Shown: positions 35,183-44,299 of the stretch, piece after piece
Numbering within the stretch: the stretch's first letter is position 1
How the letters are laid out: each line of letters starts with the position of its first letter
Origin: Armatimonadota bacterium
Lineage (GTDB): Bacteria; Armatimonadota; UBA10988
Direction: 5' to 3'
Assembly: GCA_016235455.1 (NCBI GenBank)
Contig: JACRKZ010000055.1
Span: forward strand, 1-56,618
Length of the DNA: 56,618 nucleotides
Notes under the pieces: generated by a model
The model's input: the letters and a program-made list of their open reading frames with translations, nothing else
Databases searched by the model: none
Told to the model about the DNA's origin: nothing
Translations under genes and position numbers: made by a program

Positions 35183-36931
35183 ATGCGCCGTGTTCTGCTG
35201 CTCGGTCTGGTCGCTCGGCTCGCCGCGGCGGCCGGGCCGGATCCGTTGGTTGTCTCGCGCGCCTTTCTGGCCGATCCGCTCTGTCCGCGCGGTGTGGCGT
35301 GGCGCCTGAAGGCCGAGGACAGCTTTGAGCCCGGCAAGGCCAAGCTGCGCGGCTCGGCGGCCGACTCACCGCTCACGGCCGAGCTGACCATCGACCGCGA
35401 GCAGGGCCGGGTCACCGAAGCGTCGTTTGGCGGCTGGCCGCCGTGGGAGGAGCCCGCCGAATGCCTGCCCACCAGTGAGCTGGTCGCGCGGGGCACGGCG
35501 TTCGCGCAGCGCTGGCTACGGCCCGACGCCGAGGCTGAGTTGACCCTCTCCAGTGCGGAACTGGAGCCCAACGACGCGACGCTGGGGCTGGTCTATCAAC
35601 TGGAGCGGCCGGTCTCACGGCTCAACTGCGGCCTGGCGCGCGTGGCCTTCCCCCGCGCCGGCGGGCGGCTGACATTCTGGATGGACGACACCGAACGCGT
35701 GCCGGCCACGGTGCCGTCCCAGCCCATGGCTGAGCTGACGGCGCGCGCGCGGGCTGAGGCGGCAGCGCTACTGAAGGCCGAGCCGCGCAGCCTGCGAACG
35801 CTGTTGGCAGACAGCTACTACGACGCCTTCCCGCGGAACGGCGCCAAGGTCCGGTCGGCGCGTGCCTGTTTCCATTTCGGTGTCGACACGGAAGTCAGCG
35901 TCGACACCAAGACGGTGCGCATGGCCGTGGTCAGCCTCGACTCGGCCACCGGCGAACGGCTGGCCCACACCGGCGTGGCCGACGCGCCGCGCTGGTTCAT
36001 GCTGCTGCTGACCCACACGCCCGAGCAGTACGTGGCGCTGGTACAGCGCTACAGCGATGGGCCGCGCGACCGCTGGCCGGTCTGGTCGAGCGATAGCCAG
36101 CGGCTGTGGTGGCGCTCCAACCGACGCCATCTGGGCGGCAGCCCGGCTCGACGGTGCAATGCCGTGGTCGAGGGCACGGTCGAGCAGGGCTTGCGCGGCT
36201 GGTGGGAGCCAGGCTGGAGTGAGCAACAGATGGCTGCGCCCTTAGGCCGGGCGAGCCTGGCGGTACTGGGCAATGGGCGTTACCTGCTGGACGGCCTGGC
36301 GTCGGTGCGCGATTACCAGTCGGGCCAACAGACCCGCCTCGGCGACAGCGGCTACGGCACCGACCTGGACGGCCTGGGTGACCAGGTGGTGGCGATGGGT
36401 GGTGTGTCGGACCCGGGGAGCTGGCTGAGCCGCTGGCGTCTGGATCCCGCGAGCGCCACCGTTGTGGCCAACGGGCGCCTGACCGGCCTGCCAGACAACG
36501 CGCGCCTGCCCCTGCTCGTCGGCCAGGGTCGCCAGGTGGCCATGCTCGATGCGAAGGGCTGGACCGATGTCACGCGGCTCAGCCGCGTGGGCGACGAGCC
36601 CCGGATCCTGGTCAGCGCGGGCGACGGACTGTGGCTGGTCGACCTGGCCGACGGCCGGCGCGCGGCGCTGCCCGGCCAGCCATTTGACGACCCCGACACG
36701 GGCGAACGGCTCCTGGCCCTGGAGGCCGTCGTCAGCCCCAACGGCCAGCTCATCGCGTTCTGCGCCAAGACGCGCGGCGACGAGCTGACCAGCGACTACC
36801 ACTGCCTCTACCTGGTGGGCCGCGATGGCACCGGCCTGCGCCGCCTCACGCCGCGTGCCGACCCGCTGGTCGAGCCGCTGGCGCTTGAGCTGGCGCAGCG
36901 CTGGTGGCGCGAGGCCACGGCCAAGCCGTGA
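35183..36931 (+). CDS. Secreted hypothetical protein with TolB/PD40-like beta-propeller elements
   Basis: GGAGG RBS, signal-like N-terminus, PVWSSDSQRL, VSPNGQLIAF..LYLVGRDGTGLRRLT. Confidence 0.65.
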   Translation: MRRVLLLGLVARLAAAAGPDPLVVSRAFLADPLCPRGVAWRLKAEDSFEPGKAKLRGSAADSPLTAELTIDREQGRVTEASFGGWPPWEEPAECLPTSELVARGTAFAQRWLRPDAEAELTLSSAELEPNDATLGLVYQLERPVSRLNCGLARVAFPRAGGRLTFWMDDTERVPATVPSQPMAELTARARAEAAALLKAEPRSLRTLLADSYYDAFPRNGAKVRSARACFHFGVDTEVSVDTKTVRMAVVSLDSATGERLAHTGVADAPRWFMLLLTHTPEQYVALVQRYSDGPRDRWPVWSSDSQRLWWRSNRRHLGGSPARRCNAVVEGTVEQGLRGWWEPGWSEQQMAAPLGRASLAVLGNGRYLLDGLASVRDYQSGQQTRLGDSGYGTDLDGLGDQVVAMGGVSDPGSWLSRWRLDPASATVVANGRLTGLPDNARLPLLVGQGRQVAMLDAKGWTDVTRLSRVGDEPRILVSAGDGLWLVDLADGRRAALPGQPFDDPDTGERLLALEAVVSPNGQLIAFCAKTRGDELTSDYHCLYLVGRDGTGLRRLTPRADPLVEPLALELAQRWWREATAKP

Positions 36932-36934
36932 CCG

Positions 36935-38131
36935 CTATCGGCCGGTCACCGTCACGGCCACCTCACCCGCCTGCGTCCCGGTCACCTCGGCCTCGACCAC
37001 GCGACCGCCGGCCATGACGCGTCGGCGCTGCCAGGTCAGCTTGCCCGTGGCCGTGAAGCTGAACACCACGGCCTGCTGCTCCACGTCGGGCAACCACCAG
37101 GTGACCGTGTCGTTCCGGCGCTTCTCGGTGCTGCTTGAGGTCACCGGCGCGGCGATGACCACCTTGCTGGCCGCCCAGGGGCTGGGCTTGCCCACGGCCG
37201 AGTCGACGTTGCGGCCGTACTGCCACTCGTAGCTCTCCGTCTGGCAGGTCTGCTCGGTGGACAGATCGCCCACGTGGTACTTGATGTGGCTCAGCAGGTT
37301 GGCTTCGGCGTCTTTGGAGTCGATCACCGCCTGGCCTTTGCCGGCCTCCACCTGCTCTCGCACGTTCTTGATCTGCCGGCGCATGTCGTCGACGGCCATG
37401 GCACGAATGGTCAGGCTACGATGGTCGCCCATGCGGATGGACACCGACTCGCCCTTCTCGGGACCGATGGTGGTGCCGTTGACCTCCCAGATGACGCCCG
37501 GTTGGACGACCTGCACGGTGGCGAACGACGCGCCGACCACCACCACCGGGCTGTTGGGGTTGCCGCGGTCGGCGGTCTCGACGCGGTAGGTGTCGTTGAA
37601 CTGGCCAAAGGCGTCGACCGCCTTGCCCACCTGGTCGCCGAGCTGGCCGAAGCGGTCCCGGAAGGTCTCGTTCTTGAACGGGTTGAAGCCCTCGACGTTC
37701 TGCCGGCCCTGGAGCCACTTGAGGTTGTCCCAGGCGCCGGTCAGCGTCTCGGCCACACCGTTGAGTTTGTCGCGCGCCGCCTGGGTGCGCTGCAGCTCGG
37801 CGCGGTCGGCCGCGGCCCAGCCCGACGGATCGCCCTCGTGCGTGGCGCGCAGATGCTCGATGCGCTTATCCAGGTCGGCCACGCCTTGGACGGTGCTCTC
37901 CTTGATGGGCACCAGCGACTCGCGCGCCTGCCGCAGCCGCTCAAACAGCTTGGCGCGGTTGGCGTCACTGGCTGCCTCGGAGGTCAGCTCGTTGCGCCAC
38001 TCGGTGATCTTGGCGGATAGCAACTGGGCGCCCTGCTCAGTGAGGACAAGGCCCACCACTGCCTGCGTACGTACGGCCGCGAAGCAGATGGCGAGCACCA
38101 TGACGACCGCAACCGACCGACGTACACGCAT
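36935..38131 (-). CDS. Secreted hypothetical protein (helical N-half, beta-rich C-half)
   Basis: AAGGAG RBS, signal peptide, strongly GC3-biased coding frame. Confidence 0.7.
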   Translation of the reverse strand: MRVRRSVAVVMVLAICFAAVRTQAVVGLVLTEQGAQLLSAKITEWRNELTSEAASDANRAKLFERLRQARESLVPIKESTVQGVADLDKRIEHLRATHEGDPSGWAAADRAELQRTQAARDKLNGVAETLTGAWDNLKWLQGRQNVEGFNPFKNETFRDRFGQLGDQVGKAVDAFGQFNDTYRVETADRGNPNSPVVVVGASFATVQVVQPGVIWEVNGTTIGPEKGESVSIRMGDHRSLTIRAMAVDDMRRQIKNVREQVEAGKGQAVIDSKDAEANLLSHIKYHVGDLSTEQTCQTESYEWQYGRNVDSAVGKPSPWAASKVVIAAPVTSSSTEKRRNDTVTWWLPDVEQQAVVFSFTATGKLTWQRRRVMAGGRVVEAEVTGTQAGEVAVTVTGR

Positions 38132-38266
38132 GGTGGTGCTCCTTAGGCACCTAGTGTGCCTCGCCAGAACCCTCGTGTAGGTTGCCGCACCGTTGCGCGG
38201 ACACATCGTCCCGGCCGGGAGGGATGGCCGCGGCCCGGCCGAACCACTGCTCATCCGAGAGCCACC

Positions 38267-40516
38267 ATGCGCTGGACCAGGCTGTTCCTCCTGCTGCTCA
38301 CCACCCCGTTGCTGGCCGCGACCCAGCCGTTCGACCTGCGCGATGTGCGCCTGTTCGACGGGCCGTTGCGGCGCTCACAGGAGGTCCATGCGCGGTACCT
38401 GCTGAGCCTCGATGTCGACCGCCTGGTCAGCCGCTTCCGCGCCGAGGCGGGGCTGCCAACCAAGGCCGAGGCCTATCCCGGCTGGGAGTCGGTCGAGTTG
38501 CCGGGCGTGGCAGCGGGCTTCTACCTGTCGGGCTGCTCGCGGCTCTGGGCGGTGACGGGCGACCAGCGCTTTCTCGACCGCGTGACCAATCTGCTCGACC
38601 AGCTCGCAGCCTGCCAGCAGGCCAATGGCGACGGGTTCCTGTCGGCCACGCGCGGCGGCAGGCAGTTGTTCGCCGAGATCGCCCGCGGCGATATCCGCCA
38701 CACCGGCGGCTGGATGCTCAACGGGCAACCCGAGCCCTACTACGCGCTGGAGAAGCTGCTCTCGGGGCTGCGCGATGCCTGGCGCGTGGCCGGGCAGGAC
38801 AAGGCGCTGGTCATGGAGCGCGCCGCCGCCGACTGGCTCGAGCGCAACGTGGCGGGCCTGAGTGACGAGCAGCTCCAACGGCTGATGGCCTGCGAGTTCG
38901 GCGGGCTCAACTGGGTCCTGGCCGACCTCTACGCCGACACGCGGGAGCCCCGCTACCTGGCGCTGTCGCGGCGCTGGCAGCATCGCGCCGTGCTCGAGCC
39001 GCTGTCGCGCGGCATCGACAACCTGCCGGGGATCCATGCCAACACGCAGTTCCCCAAGTTCAGCGGCCTCGCGGCACGCTACCTGGCCGCGGGCGACCCG
39101 GTGGACCGGCGCACCGCCGAGTTCTTCTGGGATCGCGTGGCCCATCACCACAGCTACGCCTCGGGCTCCAACAGCCTGGCCGAGCATTTCGGGCCGCCGG
39201 ACCAACTGGCCAAGCGGCTGGACACCAACACCGGCGAGAGCTGCAACGCCTGGAACATGCTGCGGCTCAGCGGCCTGCTCTACCAGATCGAGCCGCGCGC
39301 GTCGATCATGGACTATGTCGAGCGCGTGCTCTACAACCACATCCTGGCCGCCCAGCACCCCGGCGATGGCCGGGTCTGCTACTTCCTCTCGCTCAAGTCA
39401 GGTACAGCCAAGACCTACGAGCCGCTTACTGGCCGCTTCGCCTGCTGCACCTGCAGCGGGTTCGACAGCTATGCGCGGCACGCCGAATGGCTCTATGCCC
39501 ACGACGACGACACGCTGTACTGCAACCTCTACGCCGCGTCCACGGTGCAGTGGCGGGCCAAGCGCCTGAGCGTGGCGCAGGCCACCGCCTTCCCCGACGA
39601 CGACGACGTGCGGCTGACCTTCACGTGTGCCGCGCCCGTGGCGGCCTGTGTGGCGCTGCGTTGCCCGACCTGGGTCGGGCCGGGCTTCAGCGTCAGCCTC
39701 AACGGCCGCGCGCTGGAACTGAGCGCCCAGCCGGGCAGCTACGTGGTGCTGGAGCGCACCTGGCGCAGCGGCGACCGGATCGACCTGGTGCTGCCGCGCA
39801 CACTGCGCGCCGAGCCCATGCCCGACGACCCGCGGCTGGTGGCCTTCTTCCGCGGCCCGCTGCTGCTGGCCGGCGATCTAGGCCAGTCCAGCGCCGTGCC
39901 CACGCTGCCGGACGACGGTCGGCCGGCCGCGGCCCTGGTCCAGGACGGGCCGCTCCTGGCGGGTGTGCCGCTGGTGCCGCTGTACCGGGTGCATGACCGG
40001 CGCTATGTGGTCTACTGGGAACGGCTGAGCGCCGAGCAGGAGGCCGAACGCCGACGCCTGGCCGCCGCCGAGGCCGCGCGCCTCAAGGCGCTGGAGTCGC
40101 GCACGGTAGACCGCGTGTTGATCGGCGATGCCGCCTCCGAGGCCGCCCACGGCCTGACTGGCGAGCGCACCAACACCGGCCGCGGCGCCTATGGCGAGCA
40201 CCCCGAGGCGCGCTGGCGCGACGCGCAGGGCTGGTTCGCCTATCGGCTGAAGGTCACCCCCGGCCAGCCCTTGGCGCTGCTGGCCAGCTACTGGGGCCGC
40301 GAGCTCGGCGCGCGCACGTTCGACGTGCTGGTCGAGGGCCAGGTGGTGGCGACCACCACGCTCGACAGCAGCCGACCCGCCGCTTTCTACGACGTAACCT
40401 ACCCGCTGCCGGCCGCGCTGGCCGCGGGCCGGACCAGCATCACCGTGACCTTCCGCGCCAAGCCCGGCAACACCGCCGGCGGCCTGTTCGACCTGCGGGT
40501 CGTGCGGCCCGAGTGA
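38267..40516 (+). CDS. Glycoside hydrolase family 127/146-like (beta-L-arabinofuranosidase-like), secreted
   Basis: YLLSLDVDRL, GWE, EFGG, HANTQFPK, GESCNAWNML, YVERVLYNHILA, ACCTCSG; C-terminal beta-sandwich domains. Confidence 0.88.
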   Translation: MRWTRLFLLLLTTPLLAATQPFDLRDVRLFDGPLRRSQEVHARYLLSLDVDRLVSRFRAEAGLPTKAEAYPGWESVELPGVAAGFYLSGCSRLWAVTGDQRFLDRVTNLLDQLAACQQANGDGFLSATRGGRQLFAEIARGDIRHTGGWMLNGQPEPYYALEKLLSGLRDAWRVAGQDKALVMERAAADWLERNVAGLSDEQLQRLMACEFGGLNWVLADLYADTREPRYLALSRRWQHRAVLEPLSRGIDNLPGIHANTQFPKFSGLAARYLAAGDPVDRRTAEFFWDRVAHHHSYASGSNSLAEHFGPPDQLAKRLDTNTGESCNAWNMLRLSGLLYQIEPRASIMDYVERVLYNHILAAQHPGDGRVCYFLSLKSGTAKTYEPLTGRFACCTCSGFDSYARHAEWLYAHDDDTLYCNLYAASTVQWRAKRLSVAQATAFPDDDDVRLTFTCAAPVAACVALRCPTWVGPGFSVSLNGRALELSAQPGSYVVLERTWRSGDRIDLVLPRTLRAEPMPDDPRLVAFFRGPLLLAGDLGQSSAVPTLPDDGRPAAALVQDGPLLAGVPLVPLYRVHDRRYVVYWERLSAEQEAERRRLAAAEAARLKALESRTVDRVLIGDAASEAAHGLTGERTNTGRGAYGEHPEARWRDAQGWFAYRLKVTPGQPLALLASYWGRELGARTFDVLVEGQVVATTTLDSSRPAAFYDVTYPLPAALAAGRTSITVTFRAKPGNTAGGLFDLRVVRPE

Positions 40517-40523
40517 GGCTACC

Positions 40524-41996
40524 ATGCGCGTTCCTATCGCCCTGCTGACCCTCGCCCTGCTGACCCAGGAGCACGCCATGTCCGCACCTGTCATCGCCCC
40601 GGCGCCAGCCGAGGAAGCCCTGTCCGAGTTCTATGCCCTGCGCGTCGACGGCCAGGCTGTGCCGGTCTATGCGTGCCGCGTCTCGGCCCAGCCCTTCAAC
40701 CAGGTGTGGCCCGGCTACCAACGCCCGCTCGACCAGACCGAGCTGGCCGGCTTCGCGCTGTGGGACCAGGGCGGCCCGGTGACTATCACCATTGAGTCGC
40801 GCCGGCCGATCACCAAAGTCGTCGCGCGACCGCGCCGGCTGGGCATCGTGCCGCAGGTCCAGGGCCAGACCATCACCTTCACGCTGGCCAGGCCCGAGCC
40901 GGTGGTGGTCGAGGTGAACGGCATGCACCATGCCCTGCACCTCCTGCCGAGCCCGCCCGAGAGCGACGTGCCCCAGCCCGAGGGCGTCCGCTACTTCGGC
41001 CCCGGTGTGCACCATCCGGGCGTCATCGAACTGAAGAGCAACGAGACCGTCTACCTGGCGCCCGGCGCGGTGGTCTACGGCAGCCTGCACGGCAGCGGCG
41101 TGAGCAACGTGCGCATCACCGGCCGCGGCATCCTCGACCAGAGCCCGTTCGAGCGGGGCAAGGGCGGCGGCTCGATCCGCCTGTCCGACTGCGCCAACGT
41201 GCGGATCGAGGGCCTGGTCCTGCGCGATCCCGACGTCTGGTGCCTGAGCCTGTTCGGCTGCCGTGACATCACGCTGCGCGGGCTGAAGCTGGTCGGGCTA
41301 TGGCGCTACAACGCCGACGGCATCGACGTCTGCAACAGCCAGAACGTGACCGTCGAGGACTGCTTCGTGCGCGCGTACGACGATGCGCTGGTGGTCAAGG
41401 GGCTGAAATGGGGCGGCAACTCCTTCGATGACCGGCCGGTGCGCGACGTGACCTTCCGCCGCAACACGCTGTGGTGCGACTGGGGCCGCGCCATGGAGAT
41501 CGGTGCCGAGACCTGCGCGCCGGAGATGACCAACGTGCGCTTCGAGGACAGCGACATCATCTTCACCACGCACATCGCCATGGACATTCAGCATGGCGAC
41601 CGCGCCGCCATCCGTGACGTCCGTTTCGAGCGCATCCGCGTGGAGATGGACGGCGACAGCCCGCGGCCGGCCATGCAGCAGGCCAAGGACGAGCGCTACC
41701 AGCCGGCCGACGGCTATCTGCCGACGCTGGCCGTCATCGTCATCAACGGCACCAGCTACTCGCAGGACAAACAGCGCGGCACCGTGCGGGGCGTCGTGTT
41801 CCGCGACATCGACATCTGGGTGCCGCGCCTGCCGGCCTCATCGTTCCGTGGGGCCGATGCCGAGCACGGCGTGGACGACGTGACCTGCTCGGGCTGGCGG
41901 CTCAACGGGCAGCCGTTGGGCAGCCTGGAGGCGCTGGGCATCCGGTTGGGCGAGCATGTGCGTAGCGTGCGCTATAGCTCCGGCGCGCCCGAGTAG
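40524..41996 (+). CDS. Parallel beta-helix glycoside hydrolase (GH28/GH49-like)
   Basis: YFGPGVH, VYLAPGAVVYG, ITGRGILD, NADGIDV..YDDALVVK. Confidence 0.8.
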   Translation: MRVPIALLTLALLTQEHAMSAPVIAPAPAEEALSEFYALRVDGQAVPVYACRVSAQPFNQVWPGYQRPLDQTELAGFALWDQGGPVTITIESRRPITKVVARPRRLGIVPQVQGQTITFTLARPEPVVVEVNGMHHALHLLPSPPESDVPQPEGVRYFGPGVHHPGVIELKSNETVYLAPGAVVYGSLHGSGVSNVRITGRGILDQSPFERGKGGGSIRLSDCANVRIEGLVLRDPDVWCLSLFGCRDITLRGLKLVGLWRYNADGIDVCNSQNVTVEDCFVRAYDDALVVKGLKWGGNSFDDRPVRDVTFRRNTLWCDWGRAMEIGAETCAPEMTNVRFEDSDIIFTTHIAMDIQHGDRAAIRDVRFERIRVEMDGDSPRPAMQQAKDERYQPADGYLPTLAVIVINGTSYSQDKQRGTVRGVVFRDIDIWVPRLPASSFRGADAEHGVDDVTCSGWRLNGQPLGSLEALGIRLGEHVRSVRYSSGAPE

Positions 41997-44287
41997 ACGC
42001 GTACATAGTCGATGACCATAGCGCATGGCAGGCCGGCTTCGATCTGCCGCATGGTCGGGTCCTTCTTGTCCGGGCCCATGCCCCAGCCGTTGCCGGTCAG
42101 AGCGCAGTTGAGCAGGATGTACTCAGGCACGTTGGGCACGTGCTGGTCGTCGTCGACGTAGTACACCGGTTTGCTGTCGATGTAGAAGACCAGCCGGCCC
42201 GGCCCCCAGTACAGGCCGTAGGTGTGGAACTGCGACGTGGCCATGGGGTAGCGCAGCAGCCCCGGGCCGTAGCCGTTGTTGTCCAGCGCATAGCCGCCGT
42301 GGCTGTGGGGGGCCGGGTCCTTGTCGGTCACCGGGCCGTAGCTCCAGATGCAGCCCGAGTGTGACAGGAACAGGCCGTCGGCCGTCTTCCACCAGGGCTG
42401 GAACTCGAAGATATCGATCTCCGAGCCGAACCCGCCGGCGCGCTCGCCGGTGCCCACGCGGTCATCCAGCTTGGTGACCGCAGCGCCGCGATCGGGCAGC
42501 AGCCAGAAGGCCGGCCAGGTGCCCGCGCCGCTGCTCATCTTGACCCGCGCCTCGAAGTAGCCGTACTTCTGCGCGAACTTCTCATACGTGGTGATGGCAC
42601 CCGAGGCGAAGGCCTGCTTCTGCCGCGTGTGGCCATACTGGTCGGTGTTCAGGCACTCGCGCTTTTCCACCCGGATGGTGCAGAGCCCGTCGCGCACGAC
42701 CACGTTCTCCGGCACATAGCCCTGGAGCTCGTTGTTGATCACGTCGACGAACCGGTAGCCGGTACCCCACTTGGTGCCGTCCAGCCGGGTGCCGTCGAAC
42801 TCGTCCGACCAGACCAGCTTCCAGTCGCCCGGCGGCAGCCCGTCCAGCGCAAAGGCCAGGCCCTCGATGTAGATCGGCTGCGCTCCGGCGGCCGTGCCTT
42901 GCACCCGGAAGGTGGCCGACTTGATGCCTCGTCCGCTGGGATCGGCCACGCCGACGAAGGTCCGCGAGCCGCCCGCGACCACGCCGGCCGGCATGGCGCG
43001 GTCGGTGCTCAGCGTGGTCCGCGCGTCCACGCGCCGCATCGTGCCGTCGGCCAGCGTATAGGTCACGGGCACCTCGCGGCCCCGGGCCAGTGTGAACTCG
43101 GCCGGCGAACGATAGACGACGCCGAACGAGGCCACCGGCCGCTCGAACGTGAAGGTCTGCTCAGCCGAGCCGCCGGCCGCCTGGCCGATGTCGCCCAGGC
43201 CACTGAGCACCGCGGTCGGGGCACCGTCCTCATTGGGCAGCAGGAGCCTGGCCAGCCGCGGCTTCTGCCGGGCGGCGGCCGCGCTGACGGTGATCTTCTG
43301 GCCCACGGCGCCCTGGCCGCGGGTGTCGAAGGCGAACTGGAAGCTGGCGCCGCCCAGGTCGGCCGCGGCCCGGGGCCAGGTGCCGAAGTCGTAGACGAAG
43401 CGGTGCGTGCCGGCGACGGCGCGGAAGTCATCGAGCGTCGTGATGCCGGGCAGGGCCTGCGCCGGCGCCTTGGTGATGCCCTCGGAGCGCGCGAAGTCGT
43501 GGCTGCCGCGCAGGTTGGCCACCGGCGCCACCGCCGGCCGAGGCATGGTGACGAAGGCCAGGTCGTCGAGCGTCAGGTACTGGTCGCCCTTGCTCGTGCC
43601 CTTGGCGGAGATGCGGATATCCGTGATGCCGCGCCCGGACCGGTCGACGATGCCCACGAAGGTCGGCGTGTTGGCCGCCAGTTGGCCCGAGGCGGCGCCG
43701 CGCTGACCGAGGTTGACGATGGTGCCGTCGGTCAGCGTGTAGGAGACGGCGTAGCCGTTCTCGGCCGCGCCGGCCCAGTAGAAGCGCCGCAACACGAAGG
43801 CCTCGGGCGAGCGGTAGACGAGGCCGAAGGCCGCCACCGGCCGCTCGAAGCGGAAGCTGTGCGTCTGCATCGAGCCCCAGCCGATGTTGCCCAGCCCGGC
43901 CAGCACATGGCCCGCGCCGGCGGCGTCCGGCGAGCGCGTCAAGACGTGGTTCTCGGGCCATGGGCCGTTGGCGGCCAGGGATACGGTCTGGTCGGTCAGC
44001 CCGGCCTCGGCCAGGTGGAAGCGGAAGTCGACATTGGACAAGCCCAGCTTGTCGGGTGCCGCCGGCCAGGCCTCGAAGTCGAAGACGAAGCGGTTGGCGC
44101 TGGCCAACTCGCGGAACTGCGCCGCGCTGCACAGGCCAGGCAGCGCCTCCGCGGCATCAGCCGGCAGCGGCGCGGCGAAGTCGTGGCTGGCGGACAAGTC
44201 GGCGCGCAGCGTGGCGCGCACGGGCTCGGCGGCGCCGGCCCAGGTGGCGTTCAGCGCGACCAGCAAAGCAAGGACCTGACGGATCAT
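41972..44287 (-). CDS. GH16 glycoside hydrolase with two tandem N-terminal domains of unknown function
   Basis: Signal peptide; WKLVWSDEFDG, KYGYFEARVK, GTWPAFWLL, catalytic EIDIFE, FHTYGLYW, IDYVRVY. Confidence 0.9.
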   Translation of the reverse strand: MIRQVLALLVALNATWAGAAEPVRATLRADLSASHDFAAPLPADAAEALPGLCSAAQFRELASANRFVFDFEAWPAAPDKLGLSNVDFRFHLAEAGLTDQTVSLAANGPWPENHVLTRSPDAAGAGHVLAGLGNIGWGSMQTHSFRFERPVAAFGLVYRSPEAFVLRRFYWAGAAENGYAVSYTLTDGTIVNLGQRGAASGQLAANTPTFVGIVDRSGRGITDIRISAKGTSKGDQYLTLDDLAFVTMPRPAVAPVANLRGSHDFARSEGITKAPAQALPGITTLDDFRAVAGTHRFVYDFGTWPRAAADLGGASFQFAFDTRGQGAVGQKITVSAAAARQKPRLARLLLPNEDGAPTAVLSGLGDIGQAAGGSAEQTFTFERPVASFGVVYRSPAEFTLARGREVPVTYTLADGTMRRVDARTTLSTDRAMPAGVVAGGSRTFVGVADPSGRGIKSATFRVQGTAAGAQPIYIEGLAFALDGLPPGDWKLVWSDEFDGTRLDGTKWGTGYRFVDVINNELQGYVPENVVVRDGLCTIRVEKRECLNTDQYGHTRQKQAFASGAITTYEKFAQKYGYFEARVKMSSGAGTWPAFWLLPDRGAAVTKLDDRVGTGERAGGFGSEIDIFEFQPWWKTADGLFLSHSGCIWSYGPVTDKDPAPHSHGGYALDNNGYGPGLLRYPMATSQFHTYGLYWGPGRLVFYIDSKPVYYVDDDQHVPNVPEYILLNCALTGNGWGMGPDKKDPTMRQIEAGLPCAMVIDYVRVYSGAPEL

Positions 44288-44299
44288 GTCAATCACTCC

